Source of the DNA: Lytechinus pictus
Taxonomy: Eukaryota
Reading direction: 5' to 3'
Length of the DNA stretch: 64,000 bases
Assembly: GCF_037042905.1 (NCBI RefSeq)
Contig: NC_087251.1
Coordinates: 2,854,001 to 2,918,000, forward strand
Shown here: positions 51,272 through 64,000 of the stretch, piece by piece
How the letters are laid out: each line of letters begins with the position of its first letter
How positions within the stretch are numbered: the first letter of the stretch is position 1
Made by a program: the position numbers and the translations under genes
Notes under the pieces: generated by a model
What the model saw: only the letters and a program-made list of their open reading frames with translations
Told to the model about the DNA's origin: nothing
The model's database searches: none

Positions 51272-51346
51272 ATGACATTTATTGGAAAGATGGATTCCTT
51301 TCAACAGGATAGTGAGAAACGTGCCAAGAGATCAAGCTATTTTGAG
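51272..51346 (+). CDS. Unidentified gene, putative first coding exon (exon 51220-51346)
   Basis: Strong acceptor ttttcttgtAG at 51219 and donor GAG|GTAATA. Translates MTFIGKMDSFQQDSEKRAKRSSYFE, in frame with the exon at 60731. Confidence 0.55.
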
Positions 51347-51864
51347 GTAATAAATTCAGTTTCTGTAGAGGCTGTCTTGTTTCATTTCTTCCATATCAAT
51401 ATCTCAATACCGTTAAAATCAAGGCTCTGACTCTCATAATCCATTTTAATATACATGTATACATCAGCTTTCCACAAATGGCAGCAATTGTTGGAGTACG
51501 AATGTATTCATTATGCTATTAACAGGAGTCAGTGAATATTTATTTATGGTAAGCAAACTCTTTTTACGTATAGCATGATACAGCAAATTTTGGAGCGTTT
51601 TTTGCCGATGAACATATTATGGCTCACGATGGTCTTGTTAACAACTGGTGATTCAGGTATAATTCCTCTTGGTTCCCCTATTTTTTTCTAATTAAGAGTT
51701 AAAAAAAATGTGTGTGGATATGATGTATTGACCAGAAAGTAAAGTACTGACTGATTCAGAGTTCTTGAATGGTGGAGAGTGAGGTATACAACCACAGGTT
51801 TTTTTCTTAAATCACTTCTTAACATAATTTTATTGAAATTAACTTATCGTTTGTGATGCAATGC

Positions 51865-52133
51865 AGTTCTTGTATAGCGCATATCACATTATATAACATC
51901 CTTATGAGCTTCCAAACGTCTTGGATATTATTACCCTAGCTGTAGCTATGCAGCCTTTTACAGCGCGGTGGCATTTCAAGGAATAAATTCCTGCCAGGTA
52001 CCCATTTACCTCACCTGGGTTGAGAGCAGTACAATGTGGATGAATTTCTTGCTGAAGGAAATTATGCTATGGCTGGGATTCAAACACATTGACCCTCTAT
52101 TTTAAAGTCAGAAAACTAATCTATTAGACCACA
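51865..52133 (-). mobile_element. tRNA-derived SINE
   Basis: The minus strand begins with A-box-like GTGGTCTAATAG and B-box-like GTTTGAATCCC, followed by a CAACCCAGGTGAGGTAAATGGGTACCTGGCAGG core. Confidence 0.7.
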
Positions 52134-52557
52134 ATACTCCACATACCTGATTCATGAATCAGGTATAATATGACGATGTCATCAAGGGCTTTAGGTCACA
52201 TGACAGTCCAGACCAATATAGGAATATACCAACACATAAATGGCTAGTTTGTAACTTCGCGAAGTTTCAGGCTTGAAAATGAAAGTCAGAAATTTATTTT
52301 TTTCTATTTTTTGTTTATTTGTTTGGACCTTACACTGACTCTTATCCAGAGGATGAGAGCAAGGTTTCTTCAATAGGCTCTGTCAAATGGGGGGGGGGGG
52401 GGGGGGGGATGGCGAACCCGAGCACGGCCAGGTCTGTCACTGGATGTGTGCATAAACTCTGTAAAATGTTTCTCCCCTTTTCCTTCATTACTCTCTTCTC
52501 TCATCTTTCTCTTCATACATGTGTCTCCCTCTATCCTTTCTATCTGTCTTTATTACC

Positions 52558-53109
52558 CCCGGGGGGGGGGGGGGGGCACTCAGTATATAATGCATAGTGG
52601 GTATGTGCCGCGGAGGGGACCCCCATTTTTACACTCAAATTTCCGTTCCAAGGCATATCATTTTTGTCTTATTGAGAAAAAGAACAAAGAAAGCCGCTCC
52701 AAAGCATACATGTAGCATTTTCTTCTTATCGAGAAAAAAGAACAAAGAAATCCGCTCCAAAGCTTCGCATATACGACGTTCCAGCCGTATTGATCTGCTG
52801 CAATGAGCCGCAATTTTGGTGAAAAGCGGCCGCAGAGCGCTGTCCGACCATCGCATCTGCGCTAGTGCACCCGGCGCCCGTGCCAGCTGCATGCACGTAT
52901 GCCCGTTCCATAGGGATGAATACGCAATCACACGCAGGCGACCCGTTCCAAGGACCCCCGTTTTCACAAACATTTGTCTTTCCGAAGTCCGTTCTGAGGA
53001 CCCTCCTTTTTACAATAAGCCCGCTCCAAGGCCCCCGTTTTTTGTCTCGCCCGCGGCACATACCCACTACTTTTTTGGTCGAGTGCCCCCCCCCCCCCCC
53101 CCCCCCGGG
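52558..53109. mobile_element. MITE with CCCGGG(G)n termini and 8-bp TSD (TTATTACC)
   Basis: TTATTACC at 52550-52557 and 53110-53117. Subterminal IR TAGTGGGTATGTGCCGCGG. Confidence 0.85.
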
Positions 53110-55133
53110 TTATTACCCTTCTCTCTGGTTCTCTTTCTTACTCTCTTTCCCACTCTCTTTTGCATGACTACACTTTGCACTTTAACTTTGAATTCATTTG
53201 TTTCCTATGCTTTCTGCTTGGTGTACTGTGTTTCTATGATGCTTTATAGATTCACTGAATTTAATATTTCCTGATGAAGCCTTGTGGACTCATTTATTCA
53301 TATTCAGACTCATTTATTGGTCCACATTAAAAAACTTAGAAATTTGTCTTCCACTGGCAGTACATTATAATATGAAATACATATTGATGTATAATTTTAC
53401 AAATATTTAACATTGAAGGAATATAAATGAACATGTATTGCAATACAATAAAAAGGAATTAGCAATTAGGCCTACTCATACGACAGAATGAATAACTGGT
53501 GGAGATAGATAACCAAGGAAAAAGGATGGAAGAGACCATGTAAAAGCAAAAAGAAAGAAGTCAACTGGATAGAAAAATTGAGACAGAGAGTGGCAAATAA
53601 AGAAAGGGAAGAAAGAAAAGGGAGAAAGGGCAAAAGAGGGGAGAAGGGAGAAGGGAAAAAATACAACATGGAGAGAAGATACACAGCTGCACTTAAAGTA
53701 ATTGGGCAATTCCACAGGTTGATGGACATGAGCTTAAAAATTCAAATTCAATATTTTCTTGAATTTTTTAATACTTTAAGTCCTTCATGCTTGATAGTTT
53801 CAGGAACAAGAAATAAAAAGTTTATTTTCATATGGGCATTTTCACGGTAACTGACATTACACGGCACAATGTTTCCACACCTTTCATTGTGTGTATCTCT
53901 AAAACAACAAATGATGGGAGTTTGCTTTTGATAGAGTTAATAAAGTGAACCTTGCTGTATACTCTGATACTAAGTTTTTCTATGTAACCACATTTTTTTA
54001 CGCATCAGCAAGCAAAAATGTGTCGGTAACTGACATTACGAAAAAGGACATGCAATTTTAGGGTGTTCATTAAAATTGGAATATCTCATGTCCCTGAGTA
54101 GATAGAGTAATAATTTGAATATGTAAATATACCTCCGTTACTAGGTTAAGATGTGTCAAAATATTAAACAATTTGTTTTTGTCTTTTGGGGGCTATGATA
54201 ATTTTTCCGCAACCATGCTGGTAACTGACATTACGGTAACTGACATTACACTTAATTTGCCATAGAGATAACACATGGAAGTCAAATGTGTGGAATCATT
54301 GCATTGTATCTTCTGTGCAGGGCTTCACATGAAAGTGAGCTTGGTGTGGAAGTATACTCGAGTTTCTAGGAACATTTCAATGAAATTTTTTTTTTTTTTT
54401 CTTAATTCCTTTCTTTGATTTGAACATTTTTATCATTACTTGTCGGTAACTGACAATACACATTAACACTTACCAGTGCTATATGATTTTCAAAGGCATA
54501 ATTTTCTTCGTACTTATATGTGAGGCTTTTTAAAATCATAAAAGTTTCATAATACTTCACATTTTGAATTATCAAAAGATAAGAAATGTATGTTTTACTT
54601 ACTCGGGGGGGGGGGGGGTCATAGCAGCTACATGTTTTCCTTTAGTAATTTAATATTGCATTGACTGTACACATGGATTTTTCTGACTATACACCCATAA
54701 TATATTCATCAGTTTTATATTGAATTTTTAAACCTTTTCCTTCTCCAACCTCCCCCTCCCCTCAAAAATGGCAAAATGAATAAGGGTCTCCTCCCCTAGG
54801 CTACACGTACCCCTCCCCCGAATCTCATGCAGCCATGTAGTTTTATTGATTTCTATTCTGGTCAGTGCAAGCAATGCTTGTTCATATCTGTCAGATTTCT
54901 ATTCTCTTCATAATTTGTTTAATCATTTTCTTTGCTAATTTCTTTTTTAAGCTGTCAACAAAAAATAAACTCCAGCTTCTAAACTGAAACTGAACTATTT
55001 GTAAATTAGAAGAAAAAAACACAGTTTTAGTAGATCCATGCAACATTGATCAGAACTGTCAAATTTCACTTTTCATCTATACTTGTATATAATTGTATCA
55101 CACATCCACACTACTAACAGGCATAAAAACCAG

Positions 55134-55730
55134 GGGTGGTATTCTGAGATCCATTTTATCTCAGATAAAATAAAACATTTTATCTCCGTTAAAATCAGTG
55201 AGATAAAATACCCTTAAAATCTCTCCGAATTGCTATTCTGAGAACAATTTTATCTTCATTTTATCTCTGTATAAGACACACCTATTTTTTAATCAATATC
55301 CAATTAGAAATGCGCTTTTATAACTCTCTCATTTCACTCAACCAATGGAAATCCATTCCGCTAGGAGGTGTGGCGAAGGAGTGAGATTGCGTCAAATTTG
55401 TTGACTTCAATACCCTTGCACTATACGCTTGCGCATCTTTACAGAGATTTCTTTTTAACAAAAATGGCAATACTCTCATCTTTTTTTCGAAGTCTATATC
55501 GCATCTTTTCAAGCATCATTTCAAAGCGCAAGCACATCACCCGCGTTGCAATGGCCAGATACGCGATGGGTATGTCTACGCAGCCACTGCTCTGTTGCGT
55601 GTCATCATAAATACGCAAGATAAAATTTTGGATTTTATCTGAGAGATAAAATGTCATCTCAGAATACCAATTTCATTTTAAGAGATAAAATAAAATATTT
55701 TAAAGATAAAATGACCTCAGAATACCGCCC
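55134..55730. mobile_element. PIF/Harbinger-like MITE, CAG TSD, nested
   Basis: CAG|GGGTGGTATTCTGAG...CTCAGAATACCGCCC|CAG. Confidence 0.85.
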
Positions 55731-57039
55731 CAGGAATTTACTTTTAGCGAGGCAATGCTCAAAAGAATCCTAGAAACTAAAAAAGGGACCCTGGAAATCC
55801 CCTTCATCACAATGTTAAGCTTAAAAAAATATTGCAGATTTAGGCAATACAATAGCAAGCTCCTTCTAGTGTGACTTGACTTGAATAACAAGTATACAAT
55901 ACTTCTTCACCATAAAATTGACCACATATTTGCATTTCAATATTGGTAACCAACGTTTTATCATGGTAACTGACATTACATCTCGGTAACTGACATTACA
56001 TTTTCCACTTGGTAACTGACATTACATATATTCAATGGTACCCTATGGCTTCATTGTTAATTGGTAATCTTTAATTTTGGTGTAGAAGGGAGGGGTGTTA
56101 CCTAGAGAGGAAATCTACCAAGTTTCATATAATTTATCCTCTTTTCCAAGAAAAGAGAAAAAAAAGTTCATGTTTTCGGTAACTGACATTACATACCATA
56201 TCACATATTTCATCAATGTTTTTTTATCAGATGAATGAATTACTGGTGTTTCTTTCTGTGGGATTTTAAAAAGTGTTATAATAGCAAGCTAAATCACAGG
56301 CGAAAACATCATGATCAAACCTGTTCTTTAAAAATCTGTCAAAACAAATTATGTATCAATATACTATTTTCAGCACTAATTTGTATCCATACTTTGGCAG
56401 CCATTTTGAAATAAAAAATGGCTGCCAGAGTCGGAAAAAAATTTTGTCTCAGAAACTTCAGGTCTTGTATTATTAAAAAACATAAAGCATTTGACATGAA
56501 TATCAACTTGATTTTTTTGCCTCTGTGTCCATCTGTGGTGAAAATGCCCCTATGTATACTTTGGAAAAAAATGGTCAAAAGTTGTGTCTTCCATTCTGTA
56601 CCAAAATACAAGAAAAATAGTGAAAAATGAAATATGCCTTATTACCATTTTGTTATTGCAACAACATACCACTTTATATATTTCTGAAGTTTAGAAGAGT
56701 CAAATTACCTAAAATACACAACAGCTTTTCAAGTAAATTTGTAGTACTCATTAAAAAATGAATATTGCAACTTGCTCAGGTGATGTAACGTGAGTAACCG
56801 AAAAAACTGACTTTGTTTTCTGAGAGAAAAATTCTTCACAGTTAATTGGTGGGATTTTAAATTCTCTTCCTTCAAACAATCTTTGACACAGTGATGACTA
56901 ACAAAATCATTAAAAAGTACAATTTTTTATAAAAATGATGAAGAAAAACTGTAACGTGAGTAACTTTGTAACGTGAGTAACCATCATGTAATGTGAGTAA
57001 CCTGTAAAAATTATGCAGTTAGGTAACATTTTCTGTGGG

Positions 57040-57632
57040 ATGTCAAGTTTTCATGATCTTCATTTACTTACTTTGTCTGATTTAAATAGGTTTAACATCG
57101 CAATATTTATGTATCTTTGTTCTAAATCACTTATTCCTGATTCCATTATGTCTAAATTTTGCCTTAATTTTTCGATTCATCAACACAATACCCGCAGTCT
57201 ATTTAATTATCATTTACCACGAGTACGTACCTCAGTTTCTCATAACTCAATTTATTTTCAAGGACCTATTCTTTGGAATAATTTACCACATTCTATTAAA
57301 ACATGCCGAACCCTCAATTCTTTCAAACGTTATTATAAATTACATCTTTTGAGTTTGTATTCTTAATTTGCTTGTATAACTACGCTATATATTTTGAATG
57401 TATGTGTTAATATATGTTTTCATTTATGTTATCTTTTTTTTTTAATATTTATTGATTTTGTCTTATAGTTGTTGGGTCAACGCTCAATAAGGCTATCTGC
57501 TCTTTTTTGTTGGCCCCTCATTCTCATAAATATGTTTTTTGTATGTTGTCACAATGTTTTACTTATGTACCTTATGTATGTTGTTCATGTTTTTATTGAG
57601 AGTGTAAATAAATTGAATTGAATTGAATTGAA
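57040..57632 (+). mobile_element. 5'-truncated L2/CR1-group LINE (ORF2 C-terminus + 3' UTR)
   Basis: FMY...IHQHNTRS...HLPRVRT...SIYFQGPILWNNLPHSIK...LNSFKR, ending in an (AATTG)n tail. The 5' boundary is approximate. Confidence 0.85.
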
Positions 57633-60603
57633 GTCTCATGGTGAGTTGTGAAGTTATTTTTGATTAATTAAAAGCAAAATGAGGGTACACCTCTTTGATG
57701 TGACTCTTTGTTCATCAAAATATCAGTGGTCATACAATCACTCAAAAAATTGAATATTAGTAGAAGTATTCACAATGCGAGAGTGCATTAGTAAGACTTG
57801 GTTTCAATTAACCAAACTTTAAAGAGTGTTCGAACAACACATTGAATGTCCTTACCTGTAACCCTATCTAGGCTGGGGTATTTTGGGAGTTAATATGGCC
57901 CAAGGGGGGGGGGGCCTCCTAGGCCCCCCTTGAGATCTCGGCCTTTGGCCGCCCGATCACGCCGAAAATTTGCACGCAGGTTGTCTTGGACATAATCTAC
58001 AATAATATCAGTAATTTATTTCATGCAAATTGGTATTAAGCAATTATGCTAATTTATGCATAATTAGTAAGCAAAATCATACTTTTCCCTCTTACTCCCT
58101 AATAAAGCTCCAATTTTTTGTATAAAATCTCTTTTTGATGTTCCTAGCAATGAATTTTACACACATTATTGAATTTTTAATGACATTTGTGTTAACCATA
58201 CATGGACAAAATGTAATGTGAGTAACTGTAACGTGAGTAACCATATTATCTGCACCCCAAGTAAAAACCATGTGTTCTTTATTTTTTTTAATTATGTACA
58301 AAGTTTGTCTCCCTAATATACTTCTTTGAAATGGATATAATCAACTTTCATAAAAGCCTTGTATGAGGAGACTTTTCACTTATGTCGACTTTTCATTTTA
58401 TGCATGTCCAAATCATGTAACGTGAGTAACCGACACATTCCAAAGATTTGCCAGGAGCATAATAAAATTTCCCAAGTTTTGTTTTTATACAGAGGATAGT
58501 CAGACTGTGTACTTTGTTGTGTTAAAGAGATGTTTGGTTCCTATCAATAATAATGGAGTTACAGCTCCAAGTTAGTATGAGTCAAGGTGTCTCCAAATGT
58601 AACGTGAGTAACCGTGGAATAGCCCAATTGCATTTAAAAATCAGCTTTGTGTTGCGTGAATGGAAATGACAGAGGCAAGAATATTGTTTTATTCTTGTCT
58701 CATATACTCTTGTCTTTTTAATTTTGTGCTTTGATTATTTCACCTGCAACTGACATTAGACCAATATTATTATTTTTTTTTATTTATATACATGTATATA
58801 ATTATATATTTATTTATAGATGTATGTGTTCATTCACTTATGAAGTTCATGATGAGTTGAGTAATATATACCGGAAGGAAATGGATGTGTACACCCATTG
58901 AGAGGTGCTGGATATGGCCTTTAAACGTTTGATACCAGATCAACTTCCACTCTCTGGTATTTCTTACTCATAACTGAACCTCCCTCAGACTGGATGGAGT
59001 GATAGTGCTACCATGGCATGGTTTACAGCTACCAGTATTCAATAGTGTTTCCCTGCATGCTAGATGGCTGGAGCTAAAAAAAGGAAAGCCAATGATTTGC
59101 ATTGAGTGATTCTGTACATTTGTATTCTATCATGGATCGTAATGATATCTTTTGATGATGTGAGCCTTGTGTTTATAATGGTTTTCTACTTGAAACCATG
59201 GACCTACTACGTTGAAACAAAGGATTGTGGTTTATTTTTACTTTGTACTTCAGTAGAACACATTGAGTTGATGTGCTTTTCACCTTTCCCTATCCTGCTG
59301 AACTTTTGTCTTGAAATATAACATCAAAGAAAACAATGAGGACACAAGCTTATTTTTCCAGCAAATGCCATAATTTCAACAGCCTGAAATTGAATTTTGG
59401 GGCCAAGGAATTAAAAAAATATATATATAGTTGCTTTATAGTGGATGACCATCCTGTTTCTTCATGAAGACTGATCAATGTTTCATTGAATTAATGACAT
59501 TCTAGACATTTAATGAGACCCTTTTTGATAAGCAGTAATATTCTGCACATTGGAACAATGCTATAAGCGTTATACAGACATCCAGTCATTGGATTCCGAC
59601 TTGCCCACATACAATGTATGCAGAATCTGTGATTCTCTGATTTTGGATTATAATATACACTATACAATCTATTTTCACAATGTCTGTGACAAGAAAGATG
59701 AGGAATTCAAACCTTGGACCTGGCTTCTCCAAGTGGCCTAGTGATAACCGCTGTTTTAAGATACAGTTGCAATCTATTGAAGATGTATGTTTGTTATGTT
59801 ATGTTTATTGACTTGAATTTCCATACATGTATACTCATTTGTAAACTCCATGATGGGTAAAGGATTATTACCAAACCACAATTCTTAATCTTTTATTTTT
59901 CTGTTTTTTTGGTAACCAATCAGTGTGACCTTCCTTTTAGTAGGGTTGTAATCTTTGTCTAATTGCAACAAGGAGTAAAGAGTTTCCCCATAAAAATCAT
60001 TTAAACTAAAGATGCCGAAATTCCTTGACAAGTGAAAACAAAAGGTGACACATTCACAAAGACACATAGCACTTTCAAAATTGATCTGACAAGCAAAAGA
60101 AAAAGGGCTATCAAATATTGCAACCACTGGATGATGAAAGTATTTAGCATTGGATGATTTATTACTTACTGAGAGGTTGAAAAAAAGACATTTGCTACAT
60201 GTACATGTATGCTGTCGAGCAACTAACAGTGTCTCTCAGAAAAATGAAACCAAGAATTGTTGATGTTTTACTTTTAGAATAACTTAATCACAAATATGAT
60301 CAATAGATTATATACATGTATCATTGTAAAAAAAATATTTTCATATGACACATTATTCCTGCTAATGAGTGAATTAAAAACAATTTAAAGAAAGGATACA
60401 TCTTTAGTGGATGGTATCTGAATCTGAAAAACAGAATTACATATCTTAAAAATTTCAATATGTACTCCTTAATATGATACCTCGATCAAAGAAAATAACA
60501 AAGGAATAAGAAAGATCTGTTTCATTGAAATAATACTTTCATACCCATAATATCATTAAACAAATGTGCATTTACATTTTTTCACTGCTTGCCTACCATA
60601 GCA

Positions 60604-60651
60604 ATGGCATGGTTAACAAAGGACATTGCTGATCATCAACAAAACAGAATG
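60604..60651 (+). CDS. Unidentified gene, candidate alternative start exon
   Basis: AG acceptor at 60601, ATG at 60604, MAWLTKDIADHQQNRM|GTGAGT, phase 0 to 60731. Confidence 0.45.
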
Positions 60652-60730
60652 GTGAGTAAAAATGACAGCCATCCTGTAACTTTGTTTGTCATAGCTTAGA
60701 ATCCATCTTTTTTTTCTCTCTTTCTTTCAG

Positions 60731-60858
60731 ATGTTATCTAGTATCTCTAGTGAATTGGATTTAATGTTGAATGATCTGAAAAAGAATGAGTCTTTTGATC
60801 CTACATCTCCAAGATCACCGCGTACTGTTTCTTATGTGGCATCTGAAACAAAAGACAG
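60731..60858 (+). CDS. Unidentified gene, internal coding exon
   Basis: Long pyrimidine tract + CAG| and AG|GTAAGA donor. Translates MLSSISSELDLMLNDLKKNESFDPTSPRSPRTVSYVASETKD. Confidence 0.65.
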
Positions 60859-61765
60859 GTAAGAAGGATTTCATTGAAAAAATATTGATTCTTTAAGTCC
60901 TAAGAAGGGGCAAAGGTTACAATGTATACAAGATAAAAATCAATTATACAATAGTTAAGTGACTAGTTAAAATATTAATGATATAGATAAATTAGGAGAG
61001 TGGTTAGGATAGTTAAAAACTTAAAATAGAATCCAACCCTAGTGGAAAGTTGTTCTAATTTACAAAATAGAAGGAAACTCAAAGAAGCATGTCCGCGGGT
61101 GAAAGTTTTAACAATTAAAGTTGTGAGTTCTAAAAGTTGTATGAAGCAATAAACTCTGGGGACTTTGAAGTAGTCACATATTATTGTGAAGAGTAGGTAC
61201 AACTTACTCTGCAGGCACAGACCTTTGGTCTTTGCAGACTGCTGTGGCCGCTGACACATACAGAGGCCTATAGCTCAAAAGAGGTTTTTAATTGTACCAT
61301 CGTACAAAACCATGGTTTATGCAGATTTAATGTAATATTGCATTAGGCGCCTTTTTCCATAAGCACACATTGGACTTTTCTTAATGTATGCAATCAAATA
61401 AGTGTAATTGTGGGGGGGGGGGGTGGGGGGCACATTCATTGACGAGTGGATACCATGTGTGACCAATAAAACATGTAAAAAGGATCTCTTTTTCAAGATA
61501 GGGCATGTTACACACTTGTACGTAACGTAATAAGAGTGTAAAAAATAATGAAAAAAGTATATATTTAACTAGGAAAACTGTGTTTACGGTCCAATTTGCA
61601 AGGGTATAAAAAGACTAAAATACTTTATAAAGGATGTACTTTTTGCCCCAACATTACCTGTTTAGGGTCTGATTTGAGGGAGGTGTGTGGGGTGGTACTA
61701 AACACAATGAAAGTAAAGGTAAAGCCGACGTCCATAACATAACAAGATATCGTTGTACTTGTTAA

Positions 61766-62984
61766 AGTACCCGTTCCACTATCACGATCTGAAACCTTGA
61801 TCTATCCCGATTATTAGATCGGCGGAGAGCGGGATAGGAATCAGTTGAAATCTGTAGCAGCGTAATACAGTCAGACCTCTCTTATCCGGACACATTGGGA
61901 CCAGCACCAATCCGGATAAGGGGTTTATCCGGATCTGGGAGACCCAATATTAAATACACGCAGCTGCTGCCTCAGCTCCCCAACGGTGGTAGCTACACGT
62001 TAATCTATTGTAGTGGGCGCACGTACCGACAGTATTCACTGCAGTGTCAGTGCAAATTATATTTTTATGAAAATGAAATCGATCGATGGCCAAAACTGTT
62101 GGATAATTTACCTGCTAAAATGGTTAAGGTATACCTCGAAAGAAAGAGAATGACTCGATGAAACAAAGTTTTACAATTAGATCATCGCGGCGGGTATCGC
62201 AGCTTCGCAGTGTCAGCCATTGTTATACTGACTGTAGGCTCAAACATGATAGATGGCGCTGTCCGTATTGAGGCCTAGTGTTAGCTAGCGAGACATGTGA
62301 TGTTTTTCTTGGGAAACAAAAAGAGAAGGTGATGAAATGTTTGCGCTGCGCCATGATTTACTGGAAAATTATCCTGCCTAAGTCCTTTCGGTGATTTGGG
62401 TGAGATATTTTCATGAAAAATAATGCTGTATGTAGACTATATTGGAAGATATATGTAATCAAAGTGAGTTTGTGTATAGGATTGAGTTTAGATTGAAATC
62501 TCATTTCCTCACGTACTAGATTGAATTGAAAAAAAAATCTTGGCAAGTGTGCGTCCGGATAATAGAGAGATCCGGATAAAGGGAGGCCGGATAACAGAGG
62601 TCGGACTGTAACAACATTTTGAAGATGGGGTAACAGCGGGCACTTTATTCAGATCGGCGTGATCGGCTAGAAATTTTTAACATACTCAAAATTTGATGTC
62701 GATCTTCCTGATCAGAAAACACACATTTTGAATCGTGGGGGAAGCTGGAAAAGCGTACATGTAAGCAACATGGCGCACAGTCGTGGGATGAGCGTAATCA
62801 GGTCTTTCCTGGCATACTAACAGCGGCATGCGAATGTAATGAATCCCCTGTTCCTTTGGAAAACTTATATTACTGCAAATTATTTTTCGCTGACACCCGG
62901 TAAAATGGTTCATTTTCCCCCGATCCTACCCGATCTGAAGGTTTTTTCAAATCGTAGCAACATCGGCATAGTGGAACAGGGGCT
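61766..62984. mobile_element. Harbinger-like MITE inserted at TTA of the host MITE
   Basis: AGTACCCGTTCCACTAT / ATAGTGGAACAGGGGCT. Splits the host motif CTTGTTTAGGGG. Confidence 0.7.
61868..62608. mobile_element. pogo/Tigger-like MITE, TA TSD
   Basis: TA|CAGTCAGACCTCTCTTATCCGG...CCGGATAACAGAGGTCGGACTG|TA. Confidence 0.85.
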
Positions 62985-64000
62985 TTAGGGGGTCAATTCA
63001 GGGAATATTTATCAAGGGTACCATTTTGTTTCCTGGTTTGTTTCCAATACTTATTTAGGGCAGGGTTTTGCACGCCAATACTCGTTTTTCAGAACATGCA
63101 AAATACTTGTTTAGGATGCTTTTCGAAACCCCATGGTCATGCATGGTATCCACCGGTCAATGGAAGTGGCCCCCCGTGACAGATCTGCATACATGTAGTC
63201 CATGGTTTTGTACCATGGTACGATTGAAACCTCGTTTGAGAATATATACATGCCACAGAGTTTGGAATGTAGTCTTTACTCAAGTACAGTATATTTTGTT
63301 AAATAATCAATTTGAGTCTGTGCTTGCAGACTAGGAACAACTTTTTTAATTTGCTTCAATACTCATCAAAATTTGTACTCAGAATGATATTTTCCTTTCA
63401 TGAAGACATGCAACGAACAATATGCTCTATATATTATGTTTTTATTATGGCCCTGATATGAGGGTGATGAAGAAAACCACACATTCTTGATTGTTAACTA
63501 TATTACAAATGAGGGAGTTATCATACCACCTGTCATATAGTACTCAGCAGTTTTTCAAGTAAAAATTTAGGTAGTCTAATCTCATTTTTCAAACGGCCTT
63601 AACTTTCTTATTCCTCATCCAAATTTCATTCAAATCTCCTCCATTTTTATTCTTTTATTTTTCTCCTTCCACGCATATATTTTATCGCCAAGGTTGGATT
63701 CTCCTTTTCTACATTGACTCTGATAACTATGAAAAATCAATAAGTATGAGTGAGTTGAAATAATCAGAGAGATTGAAATTAACAAATCATGCAAATTGGG
63801 TTTTTATACCACCAGGCAGAAAATTCGGAAACTGGCTGTCTTACATCATTAAATGGTTGCGTGTATACTATAAAGAAAAAGTAATTAAATTCCAAAGTGG
63901 TAAAAATTCACATTGGAGTCACAACCATTTATCATATTTGATTGAAATTAATATCTATTCATAATTAAACATTGAGGAATAATGAAATGTTTCTTTTTTT

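Larger units (their letters stand above)
53704..58625. mobile_element. Sola1-like composite non-autonomous element (GGGC...GCCC, AATT flanks)
   Basis: AATT|GGGCAATTCCAC ... GTGGAATAGCCC|AATT, with a second left-end-like GGGCATTTTCAC at 53834. Many GGTAACTGACATTAC and TGTAACGTGAGTAAC motifs. Confidence 0.55.
61412..63176. mobile_element. Older copy of the 33535-34205 MITE family, interrupted
   Basis: CATTGACGAGTGGATACCATG at the left and CATGGTATCCACCGGTCAATGGAAGTGGCCCCCC at the right. Collinear with 33535-34205. Confidence 0.8.
61274..63240. mobile_element. Outer palindromic MITE hosting three nested elements
   Basis: CTCAAAAGAGGTTTTTAATTGTACCATCGTACAAAACCATGG mirrored by CCATGGTTTTGTACCATGGTACGATTGAAACCTCGTTTGAG. 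Confidence 0.75.

Noticed and set aside
52446..53274. Cluster of 70-152-aa ORFs on both strands
   Set aside because: They overlap a GC-rich MITE with few stop codons and show no protein motifs.
58820..59050. Possible extra exon of the third gene (AG|ATGTATGTG...)
   Set aside because: It gives a stop after 7 codons in phase 0 and has a weak acceptor context, so it cannot be supported without transcript data.

Overview
AT-rich metazoan genomic DNA with spliceosomal introns; the repeat repertoire suggests an invertebrate such as an echinoid, which is inference only. There are three + strand genes. (1) The last five coding exons (HOOK + guanylate-kinase-like region) of a PALS1/MPP5/Stardust-type MAGUK, stop at 6176. 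(2) A complete four-exon WDR20/DMWD-family gene (18776-27962, about 541 aa) with a GC-AG intron and a candidate alternative last exon. (3) The 5' exons of an unidentified gene (about 43.2-60.9 kb) with two apparent alternative N-termini. The rest is dense in transposons: a C-terminally deleted DD38E (Intruder-type) Tc1 element, a 2.4-kb Merlin-like element with 435-bp TIRs, an AcademH-like MITE with a 9-bp TSD, a MITE dimer that appears to have moved as one unit, a Sola1-like element with arm-specific motifs, a four-level nested MITE stack, and SINE/LINE remnants. The most unusual items are a diverged copy of the 3' end of WDR20 exon 1 inside an upstream MITE and a hairpin-forming 32-bp minisatellite downstream of the MPP5 stop. 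I found no CRISPR array, Fanzor/TnpB or other clearly new multi-gene system. All alignments were done by eye.
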